Assembly: GCA_002269645.1 (NCBI GenBank)
Contig: NIVC01000186.1
Coordinates: 248,001-312,000 of the forward strand
From: Macrostomum lignano
Taxonomy: Eukaryota
DNA length: 64,000 bases
Direction: 5' to 3'
Position numbers and translations under genes: made by a program. The notes below the pieces were generated by a model. That model saw nothing but the letters and a program-made list of their open reading frames with translations. It did no database searches and was not told the DNA's origin. Shown here piece by piece: positions 1 to 14,200 of this stretch (positions are counted from its first letter, which is position 1; each line of letters opens with the position of its first letter).

Positions 1-499
1 GGCCGGACAACATGCGGGATTATATATTTGAGAGGCGGGCAGAGGCAGGCCCGACAGGATCAGGCATAAAAAACACTGCTTATCCTGCAAAGCGGAAGTG
101 TCTGCCCGAAATTCTTCTCAGGACTTTGATTGGAATAAGAATAAGATCTGGCCGAAACTGCGGGACAGCTACAGATGGAATCCCAGCTCTGAATAATTTC
201 AATTCCAATTGCAAGTAATTGGCAAGCATCATCTGCATAAATTTATCTGCAGGAGAACTGGTCCTGGGCACCCACAGCCAAAAATTCAGGGAATGCTCTC
301 AAAATTTAGCTACTTCATTATTTTCCTCTCAAACATGCATTGAAGCAATAATTCACAAAACTTCAAGTTGCTTAATTGCATGACTTGTATCGAAATACTG
401 ATAGACTGCCACGGTCTTAGATGTTGAAAGCATGAACCCTGTATCGATTTTGTTATTCATGCAAGCGAAACCCTTCATCGAGATTTTGAAAAACAAAAA

Positions 500-1481
500 A
501 TCACCATTCAGAATCCAAAAATTCCTATTCAGAATCCAGAAATCCCCAATCAGAATCCAGAAATCTGCAATCAAAATCCAGAAATCCCCATTTAGAATCC
601 AGAAATCCCCATTCAGAATCGAGAAATCCCCAATCAGAATCCATAAATCCCCAATCAGAATCCATAAATCCCCAATCAGAATCCATAAATCCCCATTCAG
701 AATCCATAAATCCCCATTCAGAATCCATAAATCCCCAATCAGAATCCAGAAATCTGCAATCAAAATCCAGAAATCCCCATTTAGAATCCAGAAATCCCCA
801 ATCAGAATTCAGAAATCCCCATTTAGAATCCAGAAATCCCCAATCAGAATTCAGAAATCCCCATTCAGAACCCAGAAATCCCCAATCAAAATCCATAAAT
901 CCCCATTCAGAATCCATAAATCCCAATCAGAATCCATAAATCCCCATTCAGAATCCATAAATCCCCAATCAGAATCCATAAATCCCCATTTAGAATCCAT
1001 AAATTCCCTATCAGAATCCAGAAATCCCCTATCAGAATCCATAAATCCCCATCCAGAATCCATTAGTCCCCATCCAGAATCCATTAATCCCCATCCAGAA
1101 TCCATTAGTCCCCACCCAGAATCCATAAATCCCCATCCAGAATCCAGAAATCCCCAATCAGAACCCAGAAATCCCCAATCAGAATCCATAAATCCCCATT
1201 AAGAATCCATAAATCCCCAATCAGAATCCATAAATCCCCAATCAGAATCCATAAATCCCCATTCAGAACCCAGAAATCCCCAATCAGAATCCATAAATCC
1301 CCATTTAGAATTTATAAATCCCCATTCAGAACCCAGAAGTCCCCAATCAGAATCCAGAAATCCCCATTCAGAACCCAGAAATCCCCAATCAGAATCCAGA
1401 AATCCCCAATCAGAATCCAGAAATCCCCATTTAGAATTTATAAATCCCCATTCAGAACCCAGAAATCCCCAATCAGAATCC
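500..1481. repeat. 21-bp minisatellite (AGAATCCA(G/T)AAATCCCCAATC) in CAPS intron 3
   Basis: Direct tandem array ending ~13 bp from the exon 3 donor. Confidence 0.95.
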
Positions 1482-1494
1482 CTCAATCACTCAC

Positions 1495-4400
1495 CTGGCA
1501 CGCATTGAACATGATTTGGTGCTCAAACTTGCGCACGGACAGCACGCCCTGGAACATGTCGTACAGCTGCTCCTTGCTGAGCACCAGTTCACTCTGGCTG
1601 GCGTTCATCTTTTGAATCCGTCTGGGGTCTTCGTCGCCGCGGTAGATCTGGTCGAACTTGGCCATCCAGGAGCTGAGCACGGTCTCTTTGCTCAGGCCAT
1701 CGATCTCTGGCAGGCAGCGGACTCGCTTCTCAATATTGTTTTTGAACACTTCGCGAAAATCGCGCACCGAGCAGCCGCCGCCGCGGACTAAATTGGCGAC
1801 CCGGTCAGATTTGAGGAACACCTGCGGGTGTCAGGTGTGAGGAGTCAGTTACCGCAATTGTACCCGTTTAAAACGATACCATGACAAGAATCGCTAAAGA
1901 GTCATTGCAAACAACTCTCTAGTGACTCTAGGGACTCTCTGGCAACTCTTGAGACTTTTTACCGACTCAAACGCGTCTAATGCGACGGAGAGGCGACTGT
2001 TGCGTCACAAGCGCGTCAAGTCAGTTGTAGAATTGAACGTAAGAATCGCTAAAGAGTCATTGCAAACAACTCTCTAGTGACTCTATGGACTCTCTGGCAA
2101 CTCTTGAGACTTTTTACCGACTCAAACGCGTCTAATGCGACGGAGAGGCGACTGTTGCGTCACAAGCGCGTCAAGTCAGTTGTAGAATTGAACGTAAGAA
2201 TCGCGAAAGAGTCGCCCAAGAATCGTTGTGTTAGCGCTTAACTTTCGCTAGAGATGTGACCCTAATTCATCAAGCGACGCAAAAGCGCTTCAAACAGAAA
2301 AACGCTTCAAAATGGTTCTTGAGCGACTCTTTGACGATTTTTTGGCAATTTGTACCGTGAAAGCGTCGATTTAGAGTCGTTTAGAGTCACTTTTTTCCAA
2401 TTCTACCTGTGTCATCTGCCACGACTCTGAAACGACTCTGGGGCGACACAAGTGACCACTGTACACCCTACGACGAGATGTCACGTTTAAAGTCGCCAGA
2501 AAGTCGTCAAAGATTCGCCTAAGAGTCAGTTTGAGGCGTTCTACTGTCTGTGACACTGAAACGACTCCGAGATCGTAGAGTCGTGTCTGAGGCATTCTAG
2601 AGTCGCTGTAGAATAACCGAGTTGCGTCATCTGAGTAACTTCATGAATTAGAATCGCATTTCGCATTTATAACAAATCTATTTAGTCTACTTGAGTTAGT
2701 AAAAACATAAGCGCTAACACGAATCTTAGACGACTTTACAACTCTGCTCGTAACTCAGCAGTCACCTCTCCGAGCGCATTACAGTCGTTGAGTCGTTAAA
2801 AAGTCACAAGAGTCGCTAGAGTCACTAGTGAGTTTTCAACGACTCCTTAGCGATTCTTGTTACGCTCCTCGGGGTATCCCAGTACTCTGAAACAGTTGAG
2901 TCTATTAATAAACTGCTTAGGTTCATTGCTAGCCTGCTAAGTGAAGCTGAGGAGCCAGCGCCTTACCTCAAAGTAGCTCTGTACAGCGTTGCTAAACGCT
3001 TCGTCGGCCACGATGCCGCTCTCGCCAGCCAGGAACACCTGGAACCTGTCGCGAACCTGTTTCAATTGACTTTGAGTCACTTTCAATTGCCGCCTAGCCA
3101 TATCAGTTGGCTGCTTGGCGCTGAATGGATACGCTATGCAACGCATCACCAAGGCGTAGAGCAACAGCCGCTGCCGTCTGTCGGCTTCTTCATCGACCTC
3201 CTCCGGCTCGGCCTTAGTCGGTGCTGTCGTCGCGACATTCTGACTGCTACCAGACGGACTGGGCGTTCTCTGCTGCACCTGAGGCTGCTCACTTGTCGAA
3301 TGCCGACCGGAGCTGGGAGTGGCGCGCCGCCCGCCAGCCGCTGCGACGTTGTTGCCGGGCGACTGGGGCGGCGGAGAGCCTGCCGAGGCTTGGAAGGGAC
3401 GAGGCGGCGAGATCAAAGGTTTAATAACAGTTTGATAACTAATGGAGTACTACTGACACTAGCTATAATGTACTGATACTAGCTTGATCCTACTGACACT
3501 ATCGACATTCTACTGACACTAGCTAAATTCTTCTGACACTAGCAATAATCTACTGACACTAGCTAAATTCTTCTGATACTAGCTTGATCCTACTGACACT
3601 ACCGACATTCTACTGACACTAGCGAGGTTCTAGCAACATTCTATTAACCGAAACTAATCTAAAGACACAAACTAAACTAAAGACAAACTAATCTAAAGAC
3701 ACAAACTAAAGACAAACTAATCTAAAGACACAAACTAAACTTCAGCAGGCGATGTAGGAGCCAGTAGTTTTCACTGACAACCAACCAACCGAACCAACCA
3801 ATACTAATGAAGTAATTCCAAAATAGACCAGCCTTATTCCCATTAAAAGCTGTTGACAGGACGCACCCGGTAGAAAAAGGAGAGATACAATTAGAAAAGA
3901 TTTTGTAGCATATACCGGTACTCGTAGAAATTCTAAAACGCGTTGAAAGCCAGAAAAAATCCAAAAAGTTATAAAAGATGTAGCTCCCTTCTTCCCTACT
4001 CTAATTCACTCTCACAGCTGATGTTAGCTTTCTATTCTAGATGTAGTATGCTAGTAGTCAGAATATTGAGCTACTGACACTAGCGAATGTACTTTTGTTC
4101 ATTGACTTACGACTTTAAGTATTGACAGACACGAGGATGTCAATCAGTTATGTCGCAAAATTTCGACATCAAAAACTTGGACTGTTTCTTCTGCCAGATT
4201 TTTGAGTGAATTGCTCGCATCTAGACGAGCTCGAGATTTTGCTTAAACTCAGTCTATTGACACTTGCGTCACTCTACCGATACTGGCGACATTCCAGTGA
4301 CACTACCGACATTCTACAGACGACACTAGCGACGTTCTAGTGACACTAGCGACATTCTAGTGACACTAGCGACATTCTACAGACGACACTAATGACATTC

Positions 4401-5378
4401 TAGTGACACTAGCGACATTCTACAGACGACACTAATGACATTCTAGTGACACTAGCGACATTCTAGTGACACTAGCGACATTCTAGTGACACTAGCGACA
4501 TTCTAGTGACACTAGCGACATTCTACAGATGACACTAACGACATTCTAGTGACACTAGCGACATTCTACTGACGACACTAGCGACATTCTAGTGACGACA
4601 CTAGCGACATTCTACTGACGACACTAGCGACATTCTACTGACGACACTAGCGACATTCTAGTGACACTAGCGACATTCTAGTGACACTAGCGACATTCTA
4701 CAGATGACACTAACGACATTCTAGTGACACTAGCGACATTCTACTGACGACACTAGCGACATTCTAGTGACGACACTAGCGACATTCTACTGACGACACT
4801 AGCGACATTCTACTGACGACACTAGCGACATTCTAGTGACACTAGCGACATTCTACTGACGACACTAGCGACATTCTACAGATGACACTAACGACATTCT
4901 AGTGACACTAGCGACATTCTAGTGACACTAGCGACATTCTACTGACGACACTTGCGACATTCTAGTGACGACACTAGCGACATTCTACTGACGACACTAG
5001 CGACATTCTAGTGACACTTCCAACATTCTAGTGACACTAGCAACATTTTAGTGACGACACTAACGAGTGGAATGCAACAGAAACTTTCTACAAGATCCAA
5101 AGTCCCTCTCTAGGAAATTCACCGTCTCGAGTTCCAGCAGATCTGTTGGAGCCCATTCGGGCAGCGGGAGCCGGACCAGATGAAGGCGAGGGCGACGCCC
5201 CAGTAGGTCCTGACGCCGACGCTTGCGGCTGCTGCTGCTGGCCAGGTCCAGAGCCGGTTGGTCGACGCGACGGCGAAGAACTGAACACCGCCGCCTGCTT
5301 TGCGGCCACAATGTGCGGCGCGGTTGGCGGCGGCGGGGACGAATAGTCCTCATCGTCTGATGATGAGTCGCGCAGCAT
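1495..5378 (-). CDS. CADPS: Calcium-dependent secretion activator CAPS/UNC-31, first three coding exons (gene continues beyond the left edge)
   Basis: Exon 1 5378-5123 starts [11 protein letters not shown], like CAPS1 MLDPSSSEEE. Exon 2 ~3388 (or 3379)-2967 reads [30 protein letters not shown]...[14 protein letters not shown]. Exon 3 1821-1495 reads VFLKSDRVA...[21 protein letters not shown]...[15 protein letters not shown] sites and phases (1,0) are consistent. Confidence 0.95.
1875..2878. mobile_element. ~1-kb imperfect foldback/MITE-like element in CAPS intron 2
   Basis: The left arm (ACAAGAATCGCTAAAGAGTC...; ~154-bp unit duplicated in tandem at 1884-2215) matches the reverse complement of ~2710-2865. 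It is rich in GAGTC/GACTC. Confidence 0.6.
4280..5063. repeat. 20/23-bp minisatellite (GACACTAGCGACATTCTAGT) in CAPS intron 1; related degenerate array at ~3450-3640
   Basis: Tandem array. Confidence 0.95.
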
Positions 5379-8253
5379 CTGCTGGCAGCTGGACTACTGA
5401 GGAAGACTTTCTGTGTGTCAGTGTGTGATTGAAGATTCTAACTATTAATCTGATGAAGAGGCAAGCGTCCGAGATGGCGAAGGTTCGCCTCGCGAGGTTT
5501 GCTGGCTCCTGCGGCTTGTGCCGTATAGTGGCCGAGGTCTGCAATAGTTGCAGTGTGGCAGTGAAGCAGTGTACCGAACTGCCAACCAAGGACTAAAGTC
5601 AAAAAGATTATAGCTACTTATATTATTGATTACTAAAATAAAAGCATATAATGAAGTAAAATCTTCAATAGAACTGACCCAAACAATATCAAATAAAGAA
5701 TTACTACACAAACTTAGCAAAAAAGATTTAATTTAAAAAAGATCTATGAAAATTGAACAATTTTTAAACAAACAAAATAATGGTATATGGGAAAGCTGTT
5801 TAATTTTTTTATCCATATATAACATTAAAATCTATTATTTAGCTATAAAAAGGACAAGATTTTGGTGTTATTTTAATTGATATATTTATGGTTAGCCCAA
5901 AAAACACCAGCTTATGCAAAAAAGATACAAGATCAAGATCTATACTGGCTATAGATCTATAAATAAAGTTGCATAAAAATCTATGATGAATTTTTCTTAA
6001 CCAAAAAGTGTGCAAGACAATCCATAATAAATATAATATATGCTGTTCTATATCTATCTAATTGTCTAACTGGGTTTTATCTGATATTCTGATTGTCTAA
6101 GTCAGTCAACATCATTAATTTACACAATTTAATACACACACATGCAATACTTGGCTGACCCAGCCAATCCATTCAGGTGACAGGGTGGCCAAGATAGGTA
6201 TATCACAAAACTGATTAAGGATTAACTATGCATCAAAAACTATAAAAGGGTATATATAAAAAGAAAACATTAAAAGTAAATAAAGCAAGAGAAAAGCATA
6301 GAAACTAGAAAAAAGAAAAAAAACAAATCAAAAGAAAAAATAATAGTAATAGTTAAAGCCAAACAAAAAATGATTTTAATTGCATGCAGAGCAAATCTAT
6401 ATTACATATAATTGCATAAGTTTGATAGAAAATTATGTTGCACTGGTTGGGTAAACTTGAAGAGGTTGCATATATATATATATCAGATATATACCTAGAA
6501 ACCCTATAAGCCTTTAAATTTTAATTAACCTAAATTTAGTCAAGTTTTAGTCCATCATGTCTAGCTTCAGTTTAGACCTACTTGGACAAAATTATTTATA
6601 GTAATAATATTTTTAATAGGGCATAAAATTAAATTACAAGCTATATTACTTAGGGAAAAACTATTAAAAGTAATACTATAAAATAATCATAAAGCAGACA
6701 CATTTGGGATATTTCTAGGCCTAGGGCAATAATAAAACTTAACCAATGAGTTTTGTGTGATAGAGTTAAGAATGTAGAAAAGTGAGTAAAATTTAATGTG
6801 ACTGGCTCTTATAAATTAATATTACTGTAATTTCATTCAATTCGAAAGTTAAATTCATGTTTTTTCATTGAGAATAGTGTAATATTATCATCTATGCATC
6901 AGCTATTTTTCAATTCAAAATCTAGGCTTATAAGTTCTCACAACTTATGAAAATATCCTATAATTCTTGAGGTAAGTACACTAGGATTATAAATATTAAC
7001 TATCCAATAGTCAATACAATACACATTATAGTCCCTAGTGGTCTTTGTTTGATTGTTTGTTGCAGCTTTTGTAATTTATGCTCTTTTTTCTGTAATAGTT
7101 TAAAAACTTGGAAATATCAGTTGGTAAATAATGTAAAAACTTTGAAAATTGGGAAACATTAGTATATCGAAAGAGATAAAATCCAATTGATTTTCATTAG
7201 CGTTTACAAAGCAACTGTAGGTTGCAATAAGTACGAATTTATATTTAACTTTTCGTGTAAGTTAAATTTGTTCTTTATAAACACGTTTACCAGTATAACA
7301 ATTTTTTAAAAGATTTTTGAAGTAAAAATGCGTATTTGAAAGCATTATTTTCCCTTCCTTTATTTATTTTATAAGTTTGTTTTGCTTGTCTGGTATGGTT
7401 GTATATTTCAAAACATAATGCGCTGCGAATAGCATTATCGCTGACTGATGGTAAATAGAGCACGTTATTTCTGCTTTTGAGCTAAAAATAATTCAGCCTG
7501 ATAAGATATAAACAATTTAAAAATTTTTTTATTTACAAACTAATATTTCATTAGATTTCAGGAATTACCGTTATTTGACGCAGTCGTTCCTTGCATAAAA
7601 TGTCAATTTACTCATCAAGGATTTGTGGAAGGCCGTACATTTAACAGTACTTTATACTATCATGTGTAGTTAAGTTAGTATAAAAGTACTAGATATCAAC
7701 AGATGAAGAGATTCTAGACTTTGTACTTATCAGGAATATGCTGTGTGATTTTTTCTTTAAATAATTGAGAGTATTTATCGCAAAGAATCGATCAAGATCG
7801 ATTGGATACGCTTGTAATGCTAACTACGTAAAGGGAAATTGTTTTCAGTACCATATTTGTTAGTTTCTATAAATATGAGCATATGAACCCTGGATTATAC
7901 GGATCTATCTGGAAAAACAATTCATAATAAAGAGAGCAACAATTACTTATCGTGGAAGCATAGCGTTCCAAAATATGGAAATTTATTAATCAAATGCATT
8001 TGAAGTATGCAAAGAATAGAAAACATATGCCTTAGACAATCTAGATATACAACTAGATAAAAATTTGCTACCCTAAATGCAGCGCAAAGCAAGTATAGTT
8101 CAATTTCCTTCGTTCCCGTGTCATAGGCAAGTTGACTTCACGAAAACCAACGATGAAAATTCACTATCGTGCACAAAGAGATTAACTGAACAAAAAAACA
8201 GCTGTTACGGCTCGATTATTTGATTTTCAAATTGCGTCATTGATTTGAGTAGG

Positions 8254-11200
8254 CTAGCAACGTTCAAACACCCGGTACATATCCTGCAGGCTCACTAGCT
8301 TGCCCATTGCGCGCGAGTTCCGACAGTCCGTGTCCGGCTTGAACTGGGCCCGCATCGAGGGGAACAGGGCCAGCTCAACGCTTCGCTCTATCGGATCTCG
8401 GCGAGCTGTTGAAGCCTGCGAGGCTTGAGTCGAATGTGGCGCCGCATCGTCCTCGGCGCCTGGCTCCGGTGCGGCAGCGCCGGGAAATGGCGCCTTCAGA
8501 GCGTAGAATTTGGCCGTCTCGCGGCAGAAAGTCTCAAAGCAGGCCGACTCCGTGTTCCAGTCCACTTTGGTGGCCAGCCGGAGCAGGTAGACACCAAGGT
8601 AGTCCAGGTCGGGCTGGATTCAACAGGATGTTGCAACATGTCCAGCATGAAAACTCTAGTAATGCACTTTTAAGCCTACCAACCATTCCAGATCTTAGAC
8701 CTCCCAAGAGTTTCAAACTCGGCACTTCAAATCTAGGGCCAAACCCTCGACACTCCAGATTGTATCTTGGCACCCTAGAGTCAATCTTGACACTCCAGAT
8801 TGTATCTTGGCACCCTAGAGTCAATCTTGACACTCCAGATTGTATCTTGGCACTCTAGAGTCGATCTCGACACTCCAGATTGTATCTTGGCACCCTAGAG
8901 TCAATCTCGACACTCCAGATTGTATTTTGGCACTCTAGGGTCAAACTTGGCACACCAGATTGTATCTTGGTACATATCCTAAATTGACAACCTAGATAGC
9001 TTTTTAAACTACAGCCAGGTTAAAACTTACCTGAAATTTTTTGAGAAGAAGCGGCAGACTGAGAACATTACCATCGGAATCTATTTCCATCGAGAAGTAA
9101 TCAAGCAGCATCATTGACCTGAATGAGTGTGCAGTGAAAATTGGTGAATATTAAATTAAAATAGTAATGTAATACAATGATTTGCCATGAACTTTTCTTT
9201 CATTAGAACAATCTAGTGCGTGAATGGAATAGTGTGTGAATGGTACATCTAGTGGGTGAATAGCACAGCAGACTGTGTGAAGGGCACAGCATACTGTGTG
9301 AATGGCACAACAGACTGTGTGAATGGCACAGCAGACTATGTGAATGGGACAACAGACTGTGTGAAGGGCACAGCATACTGTGTGAATGGCACAGCAGACT
9401 GTGTGAATGGCACAGCAGACTGTGTGAATGGGACAACAGACTGTGTGAATGGCACAGCAGACTGTGTGAATGGCACAGCAGACTGTGTGAATGGCACAGC
9501 AGACTGTGTGAATGGCACAGCAGAGTATGTGAATGGCAAAGCAGACTATGTGAATGGCACAGCAGACTGTGTGAATGGCAAAATCTAGCGTGCAAATGTC
9601 ACAGCAGAGTGTGTGAATGGCACAACAGAGTATGTGAATGGTACAGCAAAATTGTGTGAAAGGCACAACAAAGTGTGTGAATGGTACAGTCTGGTGTGTG
9701 AAATTCCAAAACAGCAAACAATGCAGCAGGCATGATAGTCACCTAGACTGCAGCACGGTCAGGAACCGTTCAATCAATTGCTCAGCGCCAGCTGTGGAGC
9801 AGTCTGGCCCGGCCAGTGTCCGGTAAGCGGGGCTGGACAGCAGGGCGGTCAACAGTCGTCGCACGGGCGCCGGTTCGGACAGAGCCAGCACTTCGAAATT
9901 GCCGAAATCGCGGCACATGACCTGGTAGAAGTACTTCTCCGACAGCAGCTGCATGTTGAGCAAGAGCAGGTCGCAGTCGCACTGGGCCAGGGCCAGCCGT
10001 CTATCGATGCAGCCAACGAAGACCAGCTTGCGGAACTGGGCGCAGAGCTCGGCGTCAGCCTGCGCCTCGACTGAGCGCTGCATTCTGAACACGCACTGCA
10101 ACCTCATCACCCGCCGATGCTGGCCCGGAGACGGCGCCGCGATAGCGGCTGCAAACAGGGGGGGGCGGCTGAATGTCAGCTGACAGCTTGGTGACATGCT
10201 CCAGTGATTCTACTTTAGCAATCCAGATCCTCTTGAGCATCCTGAGACCGGCATTTGTACTCTGAATTATTTCTTGGCACTCCTAACTCTATCTTGGCAC
10301 TCCTAATCCTACCTTGGCACTCCTAACTCTAACTCTATCTACATTGGCACTCTAATCCTATATTGGCACTCCTAACTCTACCCGGACACTCCTAGCTCTA
10401 CCTTGGCACTCTAATCCTATCTTGGCATTCCAGATACTAACACTGGCATTGCGGATTTTACTCCTTGACAACTTGGAATCCCAGAGCATTAGTTAATGCT
10501 TAAGGACACTTGCACTTGCAGCACTCAGTGCTATTGTATAAATAGTAGCTTAGTCTTTTCTAGTCTAACATCACAGTAAGAACATCACACGTACCCGAGT
10601 GGGAGCTGCCAACTAGCTGGACTGACGTCTGTGTCGGAGACTGCCTCACACAATCGGCGCCTTCATCTGGAAAATATGTTGAAGACAATTTACCTATAGG
10701 CCGAGAAATATATAAAAGTACAATATTAAAACTAACAAACGATCAAAACTGTTGCGTACCAATGACGATACTCGCTGAATTAGCTGCCGTTGAGTTGGCG
10801 GACTGCCGCGGTTCCCCGTCAGCATTGTTGTCCTCATCTGGCGCTGAAAATTAAAGTTCAGCAGTGCATTCTTAAGTTAGCCTATGGCTGGTAATTTTCT
10901 CAACACCTCCAACAAGAGTTGAGCATCTCCGGTCCCGGAGTCAAACATCTTCGGTCCCTGAGTTAAACATCTCCGGTCCCTGGGTTAAACACCTCCGATC
11001 CCTGAGTCAAACATTTCCGGTCCCTGAGTCAAACACCTCCGATCCCTGAGTCAAACACCTCTGGTCCCTGAGTTAAACATCTCCGGTCCCTGAGTCAAAC
11101 ACCTCCGATCCCTGAGTCAAACACCTCCAATCCCTGAGTCAAACAACTCCAATCCGAGTCAAACACCTCCAATCCCTGAGTCAAACAACTCTGGTCCCTG

Positions 11201-14200
11201 AGTCAAACATCTCCGGTCCCTGAGTCAAACACCTCTGGTCCCTGAGTCAAACACCTCCAACCCCTGAGTCAAACACCTCCAACCCCTGAGTCAAACAACT
11301 CCAATCCGAGTCAAACACCTCCAATCCCTGAGTCAAACACATCTGACCCTCAGTCTAACAACTCAAACCCCCAAAACTCGATCAAAACTTGACTCAAACC
11401 GATATTAATGCATCGGATATGAAACAGAAGATATCACTCCTAATCTATCAATCTCTCTCAATCTCTACTTTCGCATGTCCCCAACCATACCCTACCGAAC
11501 GCCACCGCACCTTCACCGCTATCAGCGCCCAATTTGGGCCGTTTCTGTGCCGGTCCAAAGAATGCTTCAATGTTGGTGACGCCCGGCTCAACTCGAGATC
11601 GAATAACACTCTGCGATGATGACGCGGACTGCGACAGCTGCTGCGAAGCTGCTGCCCGAGGAACTGGCGACTGTTTCTGCTGTTGTTGCTGTTGCTCTTG
11701 CTTGTTGGATGGCAGCACTGACTGTACTAGAAAAGTCATACTCTGCCTACCAGCGGCCAGTGCTGCTACGATGCGGGATTGTATCTGTGAGATGTGCAAC
11801 ATTTTAGTACAAAATTTAATTATATCATTCGACACTTAAGGCCATAGACAATTGCAATACATTCTACACTCGAAGCCATAGACAATTGCAATACATCCTA
11901 CACTTGAAGCCATAGACAATTGCAATACATTCTAAACTTGAAGCCATAGACAATTGCAATACATCCTACACTTGAAGCCATAGACAATTGCAATACATTC
12001 TACACTTGAAGCCATAGACAATTGCAATACATTCTACACTTGAAGCCATAGACAATTGCAATACATTCTACACTTGAAGCCATAGACAACTGCAATTTAT
12101 TTTACACTTAAAGCCATAGACAATTGCAATACATTCTACACTTGAAGTCATAGACAATTGCAATTAATGCGACACTTGAAGCCACAGACAACTGCAATTA
12201 ATACGACACTTTAAACCAAAGATAATTGCAATACATTCTACACTTGAAGCCATAGACAACTGCAATTTATTTTACACTTAAAGCCATAGACAATTGCAAT
12301 ACATTCTACACTTGAAGTCATAGACAATTGCAATTAATGCGACACTTAAAGCCACAGACAACTGCAATTAATACGACACTTTAAACCAAAGATAATTGCA
12401 ATACATTCTACACTTGAAGCCATAGACAACTGCAATTCATTCTACACTTAAAGCCATAGACAATTGCAATACATTCTACACTTGAAGCCATAGACAGTTG
12501 CAATTAATGCGACACTTGAAGCCACAGACAACTGCAATTAATACGACACTTTAAACCATAGATAATTGCAATACATTCTACACTTAAAGCCATAGACAAC
12601 TGCAATTCATTCTACACTTAAAGCCATAGACAATTGCAATACATTCTACACTTAAAGTCATAGACAATTGCAATTCATTCTACACTTAAAGCCATAGAAA
12701 ATTGCAATTCATTCTACATTTAAAACTAATCTAATCCCCAGACACATTACCGCATCCGCGATGGCGTCCTGATGCAGAAAGAACACTTCATGCTTGGTGG
12801 GGTGCACATTAACATCAACATTGTGCGGCGCAATCTGCAGGCTGACGTAGGCGAACGGCTGTGCACCTCGAGGCAGCGCCTCCGTGAATGCGGACTCCAT
12901 GGCGCGGCGCAGCCGGGCGGACTCCACCAGCCGGTGGTTGATGAACAGCACTAGCTGAGTTTTGCGCCCGGCAAATGACGGTCCGGTCACATAGGCGTCC
13001 AGACTGAACTCCAACTGCTTGTCCTCGTGGTTCACGTGTATTAGAGCGTCGGCCGCTTCGGCACCGACCATCAGGCGAATGTTTGCGGCTACCGTGGAAT
13101 CGGCTGGCGTCTTCAACGCTGTCAGACCGTCGGAGCCGGCCTTGCGAACCGACATGCCGACACGGGGATAGTGCAGCGAGTACAGGCTCACGACCTGGGT
13201 GGGGGGAGGATTCAGAGAAGACGTGCGGACAGTTAACAAAACATTTTTTCACACCAAACCTTTCGCTCATACGTCTATCAAACGATCACGCGCGCTGAAG
13301 ACATTGCCTGCTATCGAGTAGTAAGAAAAGCATGCAAAAGCGAATATTTGCGTGTGCAAAAACTTTATGAACTTCTAGCGTCTCTGCAGGTGATGTCCTG
13401 ACTTAGCGACTGAGCTACTCCAACACCTCCCATCCCCGACTCAACAACTCCCATCCCCGACTCAACACCTCCCATCTCTGACTCAACACCTCCCAACCCC
13501 GACTCCAACACCTCCCATCCCCGACTCAACACCTCCCATCCCCGACTCAACACCTCCCATCTCTGACTCAACACCTCCCAACCCCGACTCCAAAACCTCC
13601 CATCCCCGACCCCAACAACTCCCATCCCCGACTCCAACACCTCCCATCCCCGACTCAACACCTCCCATCCCTGACTCAACACCTCCCATCCCTGACTCAA
13701 CACCTCCCATCCCTGACTCCAACACCCCATCCACAGAATATACACAGAATGCCAAATCGAGCGATTTCCATGAAGCCGAAGTAAAAATCGTGTGCACTAC
13801 TCTTGTTGTGAAGTCTATGGCCAGTAGTATAAATTAGCGAACAATAATAAGTAACCTGGAGGACCAAGTGTAAAATTTTATCATTTTTTCGTAGTTTATC
13901 ATCTAAACAAACCAAACAATGAAGAACTCAAGTTAAACAGAATTCATTCGCATCATCAACAAACAACAGCTAAGCAGAATTCATTCGCATCACAGTTAAA
14001 CTACAGTTAAACAGCATTTAATCGCATCAGCTTCTTCCTCTATTCAGCTCTCTTTATTCCTGTCGTACGCCCCCGCTTTCTCTGCTGAGCGAGCGTCCTC
14101 TGACTGTTGCACCAGTGATGCAGGCGAAGTCTGGCAAACAACTTGGCCGTTGCCTTAGCACAGCGTTCGCCGTGAGGAGTCTGCTGAAATCAGACCATCG

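Noticed and set aside
12-430. Next CAPS exon (expected LDNPDEQAA-like sequence)
   Set aside because: No frame in this interval matches. It is presumably intronic, with the exon lying beyond the window.
353-1486. Long ORFs on both strands (e.g. 432-1202)
   Set aside because: They are translations of the 21-bp minisatellite in a CAPS intron, and are open only because the unit lacks stops.
10158-10165. C8 run (minus strand) in MLH1 as a possible third +1 frameshift
   Set aside because: One exon path would need C7, but an alternative phase-0 donor (AGG/GTATGG near 11491) with a phase-0 acceptor at 10179 gives an open frame. This cannot be resolved without cDNA.
11838-12720. Regular 34-bp repeats superficially like a CRISPR array (also 36528-37045 and 40693-41950)
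   Set aside because: The units are contiguous with no unique spacers, there are no cas genes, and the context is a eukaryotic intron.
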